Source: Octopus vulgaris
Taxonomy: Eukaryota
Assembly (NCBI GenBank): GCA_951406725.2
Contig: OX597817.1
Location: 139,500,001-139,564,000 of the forward strand
Direction of reading: 5' to 3'
DNA: 64,000 bases
In this document: positions 1 to 13,619 of the stretch, piece after piece
Position numbering within the stretch: the stretch's first letter is position 1
Layout: each line of letters starts with the position of its first letter
Translations under genes and position numbers: made by a program
The notes under the pieces: generated by a model
Told to the model about the DNA's origin: nothing
Database searches by the model: none
What the model saw: the letters and a program-made list of their open reading frames with translations, nothing else

Positions 1-651
1 CTTCCCTCAGGGAATATTTCACCATGGCTGGACACCACTTTCATGATGGCAACACACACGTTTACAATTGTCATGCAAAGCAAAGGCAATGAAAGAGAAA
101 CATTCGCACATATACATACATGCAAACATGCATACATGCATACATACATACATTCATACATATATATATATATATATATACATATCTGATCTGGCAGATA
201 TGTATATATAGTTTCTACAGCTGGATGCCCTTCCTAATGCCAACCACTCCATGAGTGTAGTGGGTGCTTTTACGTGCCACCGGCATGGGGGCCAGTTTGG
301 TGGTACTGTCAACGGCCACGCCCGTTTAGTGCTTTTTACGTGCCACCTGCACAGGAGCCAGTCCAGCGGCACTGACAACGACCTCGCTCGAATGTTTCAT
401 GTGCCACCAGCACAAGTGCTAGTAAGGCGATGTGGTAACAATCACACTCAAATGGTGTGCAGCACGTAAAAGCACCCATTACACTCTCGGAGTGATTGGC
501 ATTAGGAAGGGCATCCAGCCGTAGAAACTCTGCCAGACCTCAGTCAAATCATCCAACCCATGCTAGCATGAAAAGCGGACGTTAAATGATGATGATGATG
601 AGGATGATATATATATACATACATACATACATACATACATACATACATACA

Positions 652-682
<31 letters not shown>

Positions 683-822
683 CGATAACTTTATTGGCCA
701 CACAAGTCAACATAGAAGGGGACAAATACAATGTAGAGTTTTTCTTTTTGAGTGGGGGAGGGCAAAAACAAATAGAGTAGGGTTAACCCTAAAGTACATA
801 CATATAGAGAGATAGATAGATT

Positions 823-892
<70 letters not shown>

Positions 893-912
893 TATATATA
901 TATATATATATA

Positions 913-1778
913 CAGGGTGCGATGGGTAAATTGTCACCATTTTATATTTTTAATTTCACACATGTGCATTGTTTGTTTTTGATTTTATCGACTACACAGT
1001 ATAGTAGGGTCAGTTGGGTACCGTCTGTGAGAGAAACAGCACCATGACACAATTCACCCTGCTAGAAATTTGGAAATGACATTCTGTACTGTTTGGGATT
1101 CACACCGGAAGCTCCAATATGAACATTTCAGAGTGTTTGGGTGTCAATCTGAAGACAGTGCAATCTAAGGACATGTACTGAGAGTGATAAAAATCAAACA
1201 TCCAGTCAACCTCCTGGTGTTTGGAGTAATCACCAGTGATGGTGATATGCCTCCGTTCATCTTCCTACATGACCTCAGACTCAACACAGAGGCCTACTTC
1301 AAGTGCCTGGAGGAGGCAGTGCTGCCCTGAGTCAAGAGGGTGGCTGCTGGAAGACCCTATCGCTAGCAACAGGACTCTGTACCATGCCATACAAGTAGGA
1401 GAACCCATTCATGGTTGTCAGATAATTTCTGTGACCACATCACCCCTAACATCGGGCCAGCTAACTCCCCAGATTGCAACCCCTTTGATTATTACATGTG
1501 GGGCACAGTTGAGTGAGAGACCAACAAAACTCTTTGTAACACCAAAGACGACCTGGAGGCAAGGATTATGACAGCATTCACCAACTTAAACAAAGAGTTG
1601 CAGGAGATTCCGAAGTTGTATGGAGACCCTGGTTGAAGCCAGTGGCAATTTTAATGAATAAATTTACTCTTTGGTATTCCAAGATATTTTTATGTAATTT
1701 TGGTAAATATATCTGCTAAAATGAGATGTCAGTGTTATTTTCATTTTTGCATAATTTTGATATATATATAGCACCCTG
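913..1778 (+). mobile_element. Tc1/mariner-superfamily maT (DD37D) element, internally deleted and degenerate
   Basis: TA|CAGGGTGC ... GCACCCTG|TA ends. Transposase remnant QQDSVPCHTS...NSPDCNPFDYYMWG has 37 residues between the last two catalytic Asp; in-frame stops present. Confidence 0.85.
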
Positions 1779-2028
1779 TATATATGTATGCATGAATGTA
1801 TGTGTGTGAATGTTATTGTTCTGTTGCCTTGACATCGCACAACAGTTGTAAATGGGTGCTGCCATCATGCAAGTGGTGTCTAGCTGTAGAGAAATATTCC
1901 CTGAGGGGTAGTGACAAGAAGGACAAATGGCCATAGAAAATCCATCTAAACAAATTTCATCCAACCAAAGCATGCATCAGAAAGTAGGCATTAAATGCTG
2001 CTGCTGTGGCTACTGCTGCTGCTTTTTA

Positions 2029-2301
<273 letters not shown>

Positions 2302-2753
2302 CTACAAGAACATTTGGGAAATTGATTTTATTGATTTTTACATCTATTTTTTTTTTTATATTTGCTTGGAGTGTATTTTGGTTCAAAATTTTGAAATGTA
2401 AACATTTTAGTATATTTTCTACCTTAATGACCTTATTAGTGTTAATTACTCATTTATGTTATAAGAGTGAACCCTAATTACTCAGGCTTATTTGGACAGA
2501 GGTATCTAACTTGCTGAGATGTCCAACCTAATGGCTGAAGAGATGAATAGATAAATGGCTGGCTAGATGGCTGGCTGGCTGGCTGGATGGATGGATGAAT
2601 GGATGGATGAAGCAATACATGGCTGGATGAATGGATGGTGAATGGAAGATAACTAATTTATTAGAGTGTCAATGATATTACATTTCAAAACACTTGGTAA
2701 TAACAGATACTTGGTTCTTAAAATTATATATAAAGAGAGAGTGAGAAGTAGAT

Positions 2754-3163
2754 CAGGAGTGGCTGTGTGGTAAGTAGCTTGCTAACCAGCCACATGGTTC
2801 CGGGTTCAGTCCCACTGCGTGGCATCTTGGGCAAGTGTCTTCTGCTATAGCCCCGGGCCGACCAATGCCTTGTGAGTGGATTTGGTAGACGGAAACTGAA
2901 AGAAGCCTGTCGTATATATGTATATATATATGTATGTGTCTGTGTTTGTGTGTCTGTGTTTGTGCCCCTAACATTGCTTGACAACCGATGCTGGTGTGTT
3001 TACGTCCCCGTCACTTAGCGGTTCGGTAAAAGAGACCGATAGAATAAGTACTGGGCTTACAAAGAATAAGTCCCGGGGTCGAGTTGCTCGACTAAAGGCG
3101 GTGCTCCAGCATGGCCGCAGTCATATGACTGAAACATGTAAAAGAGTAAAAGAGTAAAAGAGT
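2754..3163 (+). mobile_element. tRNA-derived SINE family A (internal TA/TG microsatellite, GTAAAAGA tail)
   Basis: A-box/B-box-like head (ggctgtgtggtaag...gggttcagtccc); near-identical copy at 6267-6698. Confidence 0.85.
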
Positions 3164-4282
3164 ATATATATATATAAATATGTATCAGGTCATCCCATTA
3201 GTTCTGTCTGATTTTACCTTTTTTAAAACTGAATGAAATTTAATAGTATTTTGGAATGTCTAATGGCAAGAATCCTGGGATCAGTGTATTGCTATGCAAA
3301 GTGATTATTTTGAAAGAGATGATGTTAAACATAACTAATCCATGAACCTTTTTGATACCACCTCATACACATATATATACATGTGTATGCCTTGAAAGTT
3401 GCTATTTCGAATGAAATGGCATAACAATTAACTATAGACAGAGTTCCGCGTAAATCCATTTATACTCAATGGGCAATTAGGTATTAAATATAATTTATCC
3501 TCAGATATTTTTCTTTTTTTTTTGTATAATTATACATTGGAATAAATTACAGAATGTATATCTGAGAACAGAATAAAAGAAGAAATTCACTTAAAATTTT
3601 TATCATAACATCATAAATTACATAATCTTTACACATGTTTCACTAGCAGATATTAGTATGTCATGCAGTGATCATTGCATAGAATATGGTGTAATCACTG
3701 CAGAACATCAGATCAGAAGAAGAAAAAAAGTAAATTAACCCATTGTTGGTTATCAACTTCAGTTGCTAAGCAGTGCCAAACTGAGAACTGCATGTATATT
3801 AAGTACATTGTTCGATGTACAGCTGGTAAGGAAAGGAATTTTAGTTTCATTTTACTGGTGTGATAAAGAGAGAGAGAGGAAGAAAGACAGAGATACTGGT
3901 TATAAGTGCAGTCAAGATGTCTGGAGAAGATAATAAAACTCCTAAACTATCTAGATCAAAGAAAGGATCAAGTTAATAATGATAAATGGCTAAGAATTTG
4001 GTAGCAGAAAAAGGGTCAGACAGAACATGCCAAATGATCTGGTAATAATCTCAGATAATCTGCTAATAATATTCAATAATATAGTAATAGACTCACTTTA
4101 TTTATTTGGTAACAGTGAATGACAGAGGTGCCATCTTGGCTGTATGATTAAACATTTCACTTCAAACCACATGGTTTTGGTTTCGGTCCTACTTAGTGAC
4201 ACCTGCATCTTACACCTGTAGCCTGAGGCCAACCAAAGCCTTGTAAGTGAATTTGATAGATGGAAACTGAAAGAATCTCATC

Positions 4283-4326
<44 letters not shown>

Positions 4327-4570
4327 ACGCGTGCATGCGTGTGTGTGCGCGCGCATGCGTGTGTGTGTATTTAAATCTATCCTCTATAAACGTCACTACA
4401 AGTGATATTATTGTCAGTTCCCTACCAAGAAATTGTCCTCTCACTTTGTGCCTTCATATCACATCATGTCTGGCATTCTACCCTTCTGTGCCGTGTATTT
4501 AGCCCAATCAATGCATATAATAACAACATACACACACACAAAAAAAAAAACATCAAATAACTTTGCTTAC

Positions 4571-4765
4571 ATTATGTGCATGAAAAAATTCAATTCCTTT
4601 TAAAACTTGCCATAGAATTTTACGAGCTGTCGACTCATCAATGCCATGAGGAAATTTATCAATTTCATTCAAAATAGTGTGATCAATAAATTCAAATACT
4701 AAGTAAAACCTTTTCCGTCTTTTGAAAACTTCAATTAAATTCACAATGTGGTCATGATGGAGCAT
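4571..4765 (-). CDS. CDKL2: CDKL kinase, second coding exon (195 nt)
   Basis: MLHHDHIVNLIEVFKRRKRFYLVFEFIDHTILNEIDKFPHGIDESTARKILWQVLKGIEFFHAHN. tacAG acceptor and GTAAG donor, phase 0/0, in frame with the neighbouring exons. Confidence 0.93.
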
Positions 4766-5501
4766 CTGTAAGCCAGAGGAAAAAAAGACAAAACATTTAG
4801 TTAAACTCATAATTAAATGCACAGGGATCAATAATAAATAAATATTGAAATTATACAAATTAAAAAAAAAAACAATCTATTTTAATCATCATCATCATCG
4901 TTTAACATCCACTTTCCATGCTAGCATGGGTGGACAATTTTGACTGAGGGCTGGCAAACCAGATGGCTGCACCAGGCTCTAATCTTGATTTGGCAGAGTT
5001 TCTACAGCTGGATGCCCTTCCTAATGCCAAGATAGTTTCATTTAATTTACCTTCTTCAATACACATTGCTGTGTGGGAGACAGGCTTGTCAATGAATTAG
5101 ACCCAACATTTCCGCTGTCTGTCGTAAAAGGCAACTAAAAAAGGTTGGGGTAGGATTCGCACTCTGACCTCGTAAAACCAGCATTGGATTGGAGGGTTGT
5201 CACTTGAGTGGAGCAAAGATGTTATCTGCCAAATGTAGAAGGGAACCACCAACAAATGGTGGATACAGTGAAGCAGCTGTTACAACACATGCCCCCATTC
5301 TACTACTGCTAATACACTCTGTATAACATCTGTGGCTCTGGGGCACTGGAAAGTACCTCAAATATAGACAATGGAAACTATATTCATCATTTTAATGTCC
5401 ACACTTCCATGCTTGCTTGGCTTGGACAGAGTTCATTGAGGCAGATTTTCTATGACCAGATGACCTTCTTGTTGCCATCCCTCACCTGTTACCGAACAAG
5501 C

Positions 5502-5544
<43 letters not shown>

Positions 5545-6266
5545 TTTTTCCATGGCCAAACATGTTCTGAGATGTTGATAGTAAGGAGATTTATTTCCTT
5601 ACTGTCAACATCGCAAATGTAAGATTTCTTCCCTGAAGATGGAGGTTCATTTCATCCAACGTTGGAATCAATTTACCATCATTATTTTGGACCACTGAGC
5701 CCCCAGAAACAGCTGTTGGGTTTGTTACACTTTTCTTGAACCTCTTTAATTTTTGATATCATTTCTATTCTGTGTAAGCTGGACCTTTTTGTATCTAAAC
5801 ATGCATTTTTTGCATTTAATGTATTAAATATTCTTTGTATATCAGCCTTTCTAACTTCCTTATCATTACATTTACTCCTCCACCCACTCAAGTTTAAACG
5901 TTTTGAGCCGAACTAGGTGTATTCTACATGGGTATATGTTCATCGTATGTACATATGTGAAAATAAAACTCATGAAATGATACGTAGATACAGAGAAAAG
6001 AATAAAATATATAAACAATGAGACAGGTAAGCTAATATGAAACCTGGTTGACATTTACATATAGACCTTCAGATAAATGCAAAGACCAATATCAAGTTAC
6101 AGGATGATATGCAAGTTTATTTGTGTATATGTATTTATAAAATAGTTGACAAAATAAATACAACACTTTCATATACAAATACAGGTTTACATGGAAGTTG
6201 ACAATATAACCACACAGAGGCAGCCTCATATCTGCTCTGAAATGCTTGGGTTTATTTTATGATCCA

Positions 6267-6698
6267 GGCACAGGAGTGGCTGTGTGGTAAGTAGCTTGCT
6301 TACCAACCACATGGTTCCGGGTTCAGTCCCACTGCGTGGCACCTTGGGCAAGTGTCTTCTACTATAGCCTTGGGCCGACCAAAGCCTTGTGAGTGGATTC
6401 GGTAGACAGAAACTGAAAGAAGCCCGTCGTATATATATGTATATATATATATATATGTGTGTATGTGTGTATGTTTGTGTGTGTGTGTTTGTCCCCCTAG
6501 CATTGTTTGACAACCGATGCTGGTGTGTTTATGTCTCCGTCACTTAGTGGTTCAGCAAAAGAGACTGATAGAATAAGTACTGGGCTTACAAAGAATAAGT
6601 CCCAGGGTCAAGTTGTTCGACTAAAGGCGGTACTCCAGCATGGCCACAGTCAACTGACTGAAACAAGTAAAAGAGTAAAAGAGTATAAAGAATAAAGA
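6267..6698 (+). mobile_element. SINE family A copy
   Basis: Colinear with 2754-3163. Confidence 0.85.
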
Positions 6699-6705
6699 TT
6701 ATCTA

Positions 6706-7113
<408 letters not shown>

Positions 7114-7276
7114 CTAGCATGGGTTGGACGGTTCGACCGGGGTCTGGGAAGCCAGGAGGCTGCACCAGGCTCCAGTCTGATCTGGCAGTGTTTCTACAGC
7201 TGGATGCCCTTCCTAACGCCAAACACTCCGTGAGTGTAGTGGGTACAAAGATCAATATTGTTTTGTTACAGAATAT

Positions 7277-7935
7277 TAGGTTGTGCCAAAGTTTTTTTCA
7301 TATTTCAAGCTTTAATTAATAGTTCAAACAAATTACATATGGAAAGCATTTATTCATCAAAATGTACCCCATCATACTTTATTGCCTATTGCCAATGTTG
7401 TGCCAGAAACTCGATTCCATGCTTATACCTATTTCTTTATTACCCACAAGGGGCTAAACACAGAGAGGACAAACAAGGACAGACAAACGGATTAAGTCGA
7501 TTATATCGACCCCAGTGCAGGAAATGAGCCATGGCTCAGAAAAGGTGGTAATCTGATGGTGCAAGGTCTGAGCTGTAGGCAGGGTGAGGCAGCACTTCAA
7601 GCCCCTCATATTCCTCAAGTTTGCACTCGGTCACATTGGCAATGTGTGCTGAGGCATTATCATGCTGTAAGAGAGTGTATCTTGGATTGACCAATGCTGG
7701 ATAGAGGGCTTTCAAAGCATCGTACACTTGCTGCAGTTACTGAATGTAAAGTTTAGCATTTACAACATGACCAACTGGGATAAGCTCAAAGTGCAACACC
7801 CCACCACCACTACCAAACACATAACATGACCTTCTGTTCAAACCAGTTTTGTCTGACAAGTTTTAAAGCCTTGCCAGAACAAAGCCACTGATTTCTCTTA
7901 TTAGGGTTACGAAAATAGATCCATTTATCATCACC
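7277..7935 (-). mobile_element. Mariner-like transposase remnant
   Basis: LLQHDNASAH...LEVLPHPAYSSDLAPSDYHLF (ORF 7536-7727); TIR-like ttaggttgtgccaaa at 7277; interrupted by a SINE fragment at about 7428-7520. Confidence 0.8.
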
Positions 7936-8079
7936 AAAAACGGGCATCTTGATGATTTGCCAACAGTTTTTAGCAAATTTTCACATATCATTGAACCTGA
8001 TCATTAGTTAGCTAAGCATTTCATCCAGCATGCTAACAATTCTGCCAGCTCACCACCTTAATAATACTAATAGCAATAA

Positions 8080-8294
8080 CCCTTTCTACTAAAGGCACAA
8101 GGCCTGAAATTTTGCGGGGTGGGGGACTAGTCAATTGTATCAGCCCCAGTTCGCAACTGGTACTTAATTTATTGACCTTGAAAAGATGTAAGGCAAAGTC
8201 AACCTCAGTGGAATTTGAATTCAGAAGATAGCGACAGATGAAATACCACTAAGCGTTTCACCTGGTGTGCTAATGATGCTACCAGCTCACTGCC

Positions 8295-8326
<32 letters not shown>

Positions 8327-8531
8327 TTCTAGGTACAAGGCCCAAAATTTTGGGGCAGGAAGCCAGTCAATTAGATCGACCCCAGTATGCAACTGGTACT
8401 TAATTTATCGACCCTAGAAGGATAAAAGGGAAAGTTGACCTCAGCGGAATTTGAACTCAGAACATAAAGTAGACAAGATACCACTAAGCATTTCTCCCGG
8501 CATGCTAACATTTCTGCCAGCTTGCCCCCTT
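8080..8531 (-). mobile_element. Two tandem copies of tRNA-derived SINE family C separated by (TAA)n
   Basis: Minus strand reads gagctggcagaa...ctgagttcaaattcc (B-box) ...ctttcatcctt...gtcgataaattaagtaccag. Other copies at about 10900-11105, 11340-11470, 14215-14400, 51600-51740 and 52560-52940. Confidence 0.75.
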
Positions 8532-8544
8532 AATAATATAATAA

Positions 8545-8895
8545 TATTCATGTCATACCAAATGACATGAATGTTGTGAGTAAAGAGATTGAAAAAATCA
8601 CCAAGTACTCCGAACTGAAGTGGAAATGGCAAGACTATATGGAATGCGAGAGTGTAATGTAAAAGTAATACCAGTGGTGATCAGAGCATTGGGCTCAATC
8701 CCATTGAAACTTCAAAACTTCTTAAGGCAACTAGAAATCCCATGCAAGATTGATGTCTTGCAAAAAGCAGCCTTATTGGGCACAGCGCACATCTTAAGGA
8801 AAGTATTATCTGTCTGAGGTCCTTGTTGTGACTCGACAGATGACTAAAGACTCCAGTGTATTTTTACCTAGACTGTGTTATGAAGGAATAAAAAT
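8545..8895 (+). mobile_element. R4/Dong-like (restriction-like endonuclease) LINE 3' end
   Basis: KEIEKITKYSEL...VIPVVIRALGSIP...LQKAALLGTAHILRKVL*, next to TAA repeats. Confidence 0.75.
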
Positions 8896-9649
8896 AATAG
8901 TGTAGTGAGAACAAGATGTGTTGTTGCATAAAAAAACAAAAAAAGAATCGTTTGGTTTTGTTTATATATTTAGCAACCAATTAATTTTTGGTTCCCCACA
9001 CTAATTTGTGGCAACTGGCTAAAATATCCATCACATGAGTTTTTGGCCAGTTATGAGCCTTGTATTGTAATGAATTGCATGCTGTGTAGGAATTGGGTTG
9101 GAAATCCAATAATGTTTCATCATCATCATCATCATCGTTTAACGTCCGCTTTCCATACTAGCATGGGTTGGACGATTTTGCCTGAGGGCTGGCGAAACAG
9201 ATGGCTGCATCAGGCTCCAATCTTGATCCAGCAGAGTTTCTACAGCTGGATGCCCTTCCTAACACCAACCACTCCGAGGGTGTAGTGGATGCTTTTTACG
9301 TGCCATCGGCACAGGAGCCAGTCAGGCGGTACTGGCAATGACCTCACTCGAATCTTTTTACATGTGCCACCGGCACAGGTGCCAGTGAAACGACGTTGGT
9401 AACGATCAGCAACGTTGATGTAACATATTTTAAATAATAATTTCTGTATGCGTTCTGGAATCCATTTTTCTTCATAAATTGGTCCAATAAACATTTCACT
9501 GGGTAGTGGAGGTGAGAGAAGTGATTGAGGTGAGTTGCAGGAACCAACCATCCAGAGAAGAATGGACACACGACAAAGTCATAGAACCAATGATGAACTA
9601 AGCTTAATCACCAGAATGCTGGAGAAACCCTAACAACCCTATAAAACTT

Positions 9650-10075
9650 CAGTTCTATATTTAAGAGATGAGGAATTATGTACATTATTTACATTTGATA
9701 GATGTTTGTCTTCATCTTGTTTGTTGTTAACACAACATTTCAGCTGACATACCTTCCAGCTTTTATCAGGTGGCTTGGGGAAATTTCGAACCTGGGTTCT
9801 CATTCTGAAGGTATTTTTCGATGTTGTTATTATCATTGTTATTTTTTCACGGACTTTTCGAATGGACAAAACCCTTTTTGTAACTTTTGTCCTGTATTTT
9901 GTCCTTACATGTTTTATTTGATTTTTGTTAGCCCTTGTGGCCAATAAACGAACAAATTATTATTATTATATTATAATTATTATTATTATCATTATTCAGG
10001 TCACTGCCTGGAACCGAACTGAGAATCTTGGGGTTAGTAGCCTGCGCTCTTAACCACTACACTATATGCCCATGG
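9650..10075 (-). mobile_element. tRNA-headed SINE-like element with a hammerhead-type 3' module
   Basis: Minus strand: tagtgtagtggttaagagcgc (A-box), cagttcggttcc (B-box-like), (AAT)n, then cacCTGATAAaagctg...cagctGAAAtgttgtg. An inverted partial copy of the 3' module sits at 10078-10160. Confidence 0.65.
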
Positions 10076-10303
10076 GGTGGAGGTATGTCAGCCGAAACAA
10101 TGTAATAACAACAAACAAGATGAGGACAAATATCCAACAAATGTAGATAATGTCAATAATGTCTATAAAACTTGTTAAAGTTTTCATTGAATCCAAACTA
10201 CTGTGCAAATATTATGAAGGAATAAGGCCTCCATGTTGATTTTCAAGATTGCCTCTCTTACTCATTCATCCTCATCAAACACATAACATAAGATTGAACA
10301 AAG

Positions 10304-10406
10304 CACAGGTGTGGCTGTGTGGTAAGAAGCTTGCTTCCCAACCACATGGTTCCAAGTTCAGTCCCACTGAGTGGTATATTGGGCAAGTATATTCTTGCCC
10401 AAGGCA

Positions 10407-10468
<62 letters not shown>

Positions 10469-10483
10469 TTATATATGTATATG

Positions 10484-10547
<64 letters not shown>

Positions 10548-10870
10548 CATATATATATATATATACACACACACACATATGTATGTGTGTATGTATGTAT
10601 GTATGTATGTATGTATGTATGTATGTATGTGTGTATGTATGTATTTGTGTGTTTGTGTCTGTGTTTGTCCCTTCACCATTGCTTGACAACCGATGTTGGT
10701 ATGTTTACGTTCCTGTAACTTAGAAGTTTGGCAAAAGAGACTGATACAATAAGTACCAGGCTAACAACGAATAAGTCCAGGGGTCGATTTCTTTGACTAA
10801 AAGGTGGTGCTCCAGCATGGTCACAGCCAAAATGACTGAAACAAGCAAAAGAATAAAAGAATAAAAGAAT
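10304..10870 (+). mobile_element. SINE family A copy with expanded internal microsatellite
   Basis: Same head and tail as 2754-3163; middle replaced by about 260 bp of TA/TG/TATG repeats. Confidence 0.8.
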
Positions 10871-11509
10871 GAAATGCACCTTAATTACAATAGTTTCAAA
10901 TTTTGGCACAAGGCCAGTAATTTGGGGGCTGGAAGTAAGTCAGTTATATTGACCTCAGTGCGCAACTGGTACTCTTTTTGTTGACTCCAAAAGGATGAAA
11001 GGCAAAGTCAACCTTGGCGTAATTTAAACTCAGAACGTAAAGAGTGATAAAACATCCCTAAGCATTTTGCGTGGTTTGCTAACAATTCTGCCAGATTACA
11101 GCTTTGTATGATAACTTCATATTTTGGCACAAGGCCAGCAATTGCAAGGGAGGGTGTTAGTTGAGTACATTGCTCAACAAGTCCTTATTTTGTTAAGGTT
11201 ATTTCTACAGAAATTATAGAAATAACCTCAACAAAATAATATAAAATGCACTGCTAACACAGTAGAACATGATTATTGACTTATAAAAACATTTAATATA
11301 CTTTATAGTATATTTGCATAGCAAAATTCCACATGCCTACAAGTACTTATTTAATCAACCCCAAAAGGATGAAAGGCAAGGTCGACCGCGGTAGAATTTG
11401 AACTCAGAATGTAAAGACGGATGAAATGTCACTAATCCTGTGTGCCAACAATTCTGCCAGCCTGCCACTTTATTTAATAATAATAATAAGAAGAAGAATA
11501 ATAATCAAA

Positions 11510-12056
11510 AATCAAAATCAAATTCGATGACTGGTGTCCGTGCTAGCGGGGTGCAAAGAGCACCATACGAGTGTGATCATTGACAGAGCGGCTAACTGGC
11601 TTCCGTGCCAGTGGCACTTAAAAGGCACCATTCGAGCGTGATCATTACCAGCATCGCCTTACTGGCACTCGAGCCCTGTGCTAGTAGGGTATTAAGAGCA
11701 CCATCCGAGCGTGATCGTTGCCAGAGCGGCTATCTGGCCTCCGTGCCGGTGGCACGTAAAAGACACCATTCAAGCATGATCGTTACCAGCATCGCCTTAC
11801 TGGCACCAGTGCCAGTGGCATGTGTAAAAGATTTGAGCAAAGTTATTGCCAGTACCGCCTGACTGGACCCTGTGCCGGTGGCACGTAAAAGCACCCACTA
11901 TACTCTCGGAGTGGTTGGTGTTAGAATGGGCATTCAGCTGTAGAAACTCTGCCAAATCAAGATTGAAGCCTGGTGCAGCCATCTGGTTCGCCAGTCTTCA
12001 GTCAAATCGTCCAACCTATGCTAGCATGGAAAGCGGACGTTAAACGATGATGATGA
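11510..12056 (+). mobile_element. RTE 3'UTR-derived repeat (family B) with tandem subunits of about 65 bp
   Basis: Matches 37765-38230 and ends in gcggacgttaaacgatgatgat. Further copies at about 187-600, 4886-5030, 7045-7245, 9118-9410, 17010-17290, 47610-47810, 47890-48190, 48670-48920 and 51218-51340. Confidence 0.85.
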
Positions 12057-13619
12057 ATGTAACAAGACTAATTTCATAATTGCATGTCTTAGACTTCAAT
12101 CATGTAAAAAAAAACTCTGTGCATAAGTCTCTGATGATTGGTCATGCAACTGGACAGGTGATTTAGTCAGGCATTTGGGTTGGTCTAGTTTTACGCAGGA
12201 TTCAGAGCCCACATCCAATCACGTTGCATAATAGACCACCAAAAGTGGAAAATTCTAAATGTTTCTTTTTAATTTTTTCAATTGTGTTCTCTGTTTTGTC
12301 CAATTTTCTAATTTAATTTTGTAAAACGGTAAACACTGTGAAGGCAATAAAATTTTCACCTCGTATTTTTAGGAAGGATGGAGGAGACACTGGACAATGT
12401 AATCATAAGTAGATAAAAATGGAATGGTCACGGATGGTACGCCTTTGATTTTAGGTGTGCTTGATCAGAGTCGGCTTTAAGCTGACAAAAATAACAGAAT
12501 CATTAAACAAACAATAATTGTTACTAAAACAGCAGTCATGTCGTAAATTTTGCGCAGAGGTTTGAAGTAGAAATCAATGAACAATATCGCCACGCTTTCC
12601 TTAAGTCCATTTAACCGTTCTCTTGTGTGTCGGTCATGACTAGAACCTACAGCCACACACACGTTTGGTCTGCTACATTATACAGCACACAAGACACTTT
12701 TGATAATCAACCCACCCTAGACTGTTCGTGGTTCTATGATAAAAACTTCATATTTTATAAGTGATCTAAATTTAAACCTTCAATCGAAATTCCTTGTTAA
12801 TTTATGTTCCAAACACTAGCTTAATGACAATTATTTTGCTAAATTCTTCAATATTTTCAAAACTTATTGAAACTAAGACAGTGAATTTCAATAGAAATTC
12901 GGTACCAAAAAAATTAAATACATTATAATGGGGCAGTATGTTCTTCTAATGGATAGAAACTTGGTATATTCTAAGCACTAGCTCGCACCCAAACTTCCAC
13001 TCAAGACGACATAGATCTCCTCGAGTACAAGTTGACATGCTAGAAATAGCAGCCAAATTTCTCTCGAGTTGGATCCTGTCTTTAAAAAAAGAAGACATAG
13101 TAGAATGTAATCCTAGAGACGTTACGACTTCAAAAAGTCGGGGTGGTCAAGATTGGAATGGTTTAATCAGTTCTGCTCAATCAGAACTGATCCTGGGCTA
13201 AACAACGCAATCTTAATAATAAATATGTTTAATAAGTTTGTTGCGTGTCGACATGTTGAGCTCAACAAACTTTTTATTATATGTTCACAGACAATTAAAA
13301 TAGAAATAACACAAAAATAGAATGTTTATTAGAAAGAGTAGTATTTTAATGAGAAACAAAACCAAGAATAATTATAATTGTTGCTTTGGTTTAAATAAAA
13401 ATAAAAAAATCATGTCTGTGTCGTTTGTTTTAAACAAACCAAAGTCTATAGATGCATGTGTATACACGCACACACACACACATACATACACACATACATA
13501 TACGGAGGTTAATGACTGTTTTTTCTGTCAAGTTGTATATTTAGAAACAATTTAACATTAATTTGCAGCAATACTTAACACTTTTAATTTGAATACATAT
13601 TTATTATACTTTTACAACG

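Noticed and set aside
9995-10072. Possible tRNA gene
   Set aside because: A/B boxes are present, but there is no convincing acceptor stem and the sequence runs into (AAT)n; it is better explained as a SINE head. The same applies to the family A and C heads.
11530-11905. CRISPR-like appearance of palindromic repeats with variable spacers
   Set aside because: The spacers are related to each other, the array is part of a LINE 3'UTR repeated many times in the window, there are no cas genes, and the DNA is eukaryotic.
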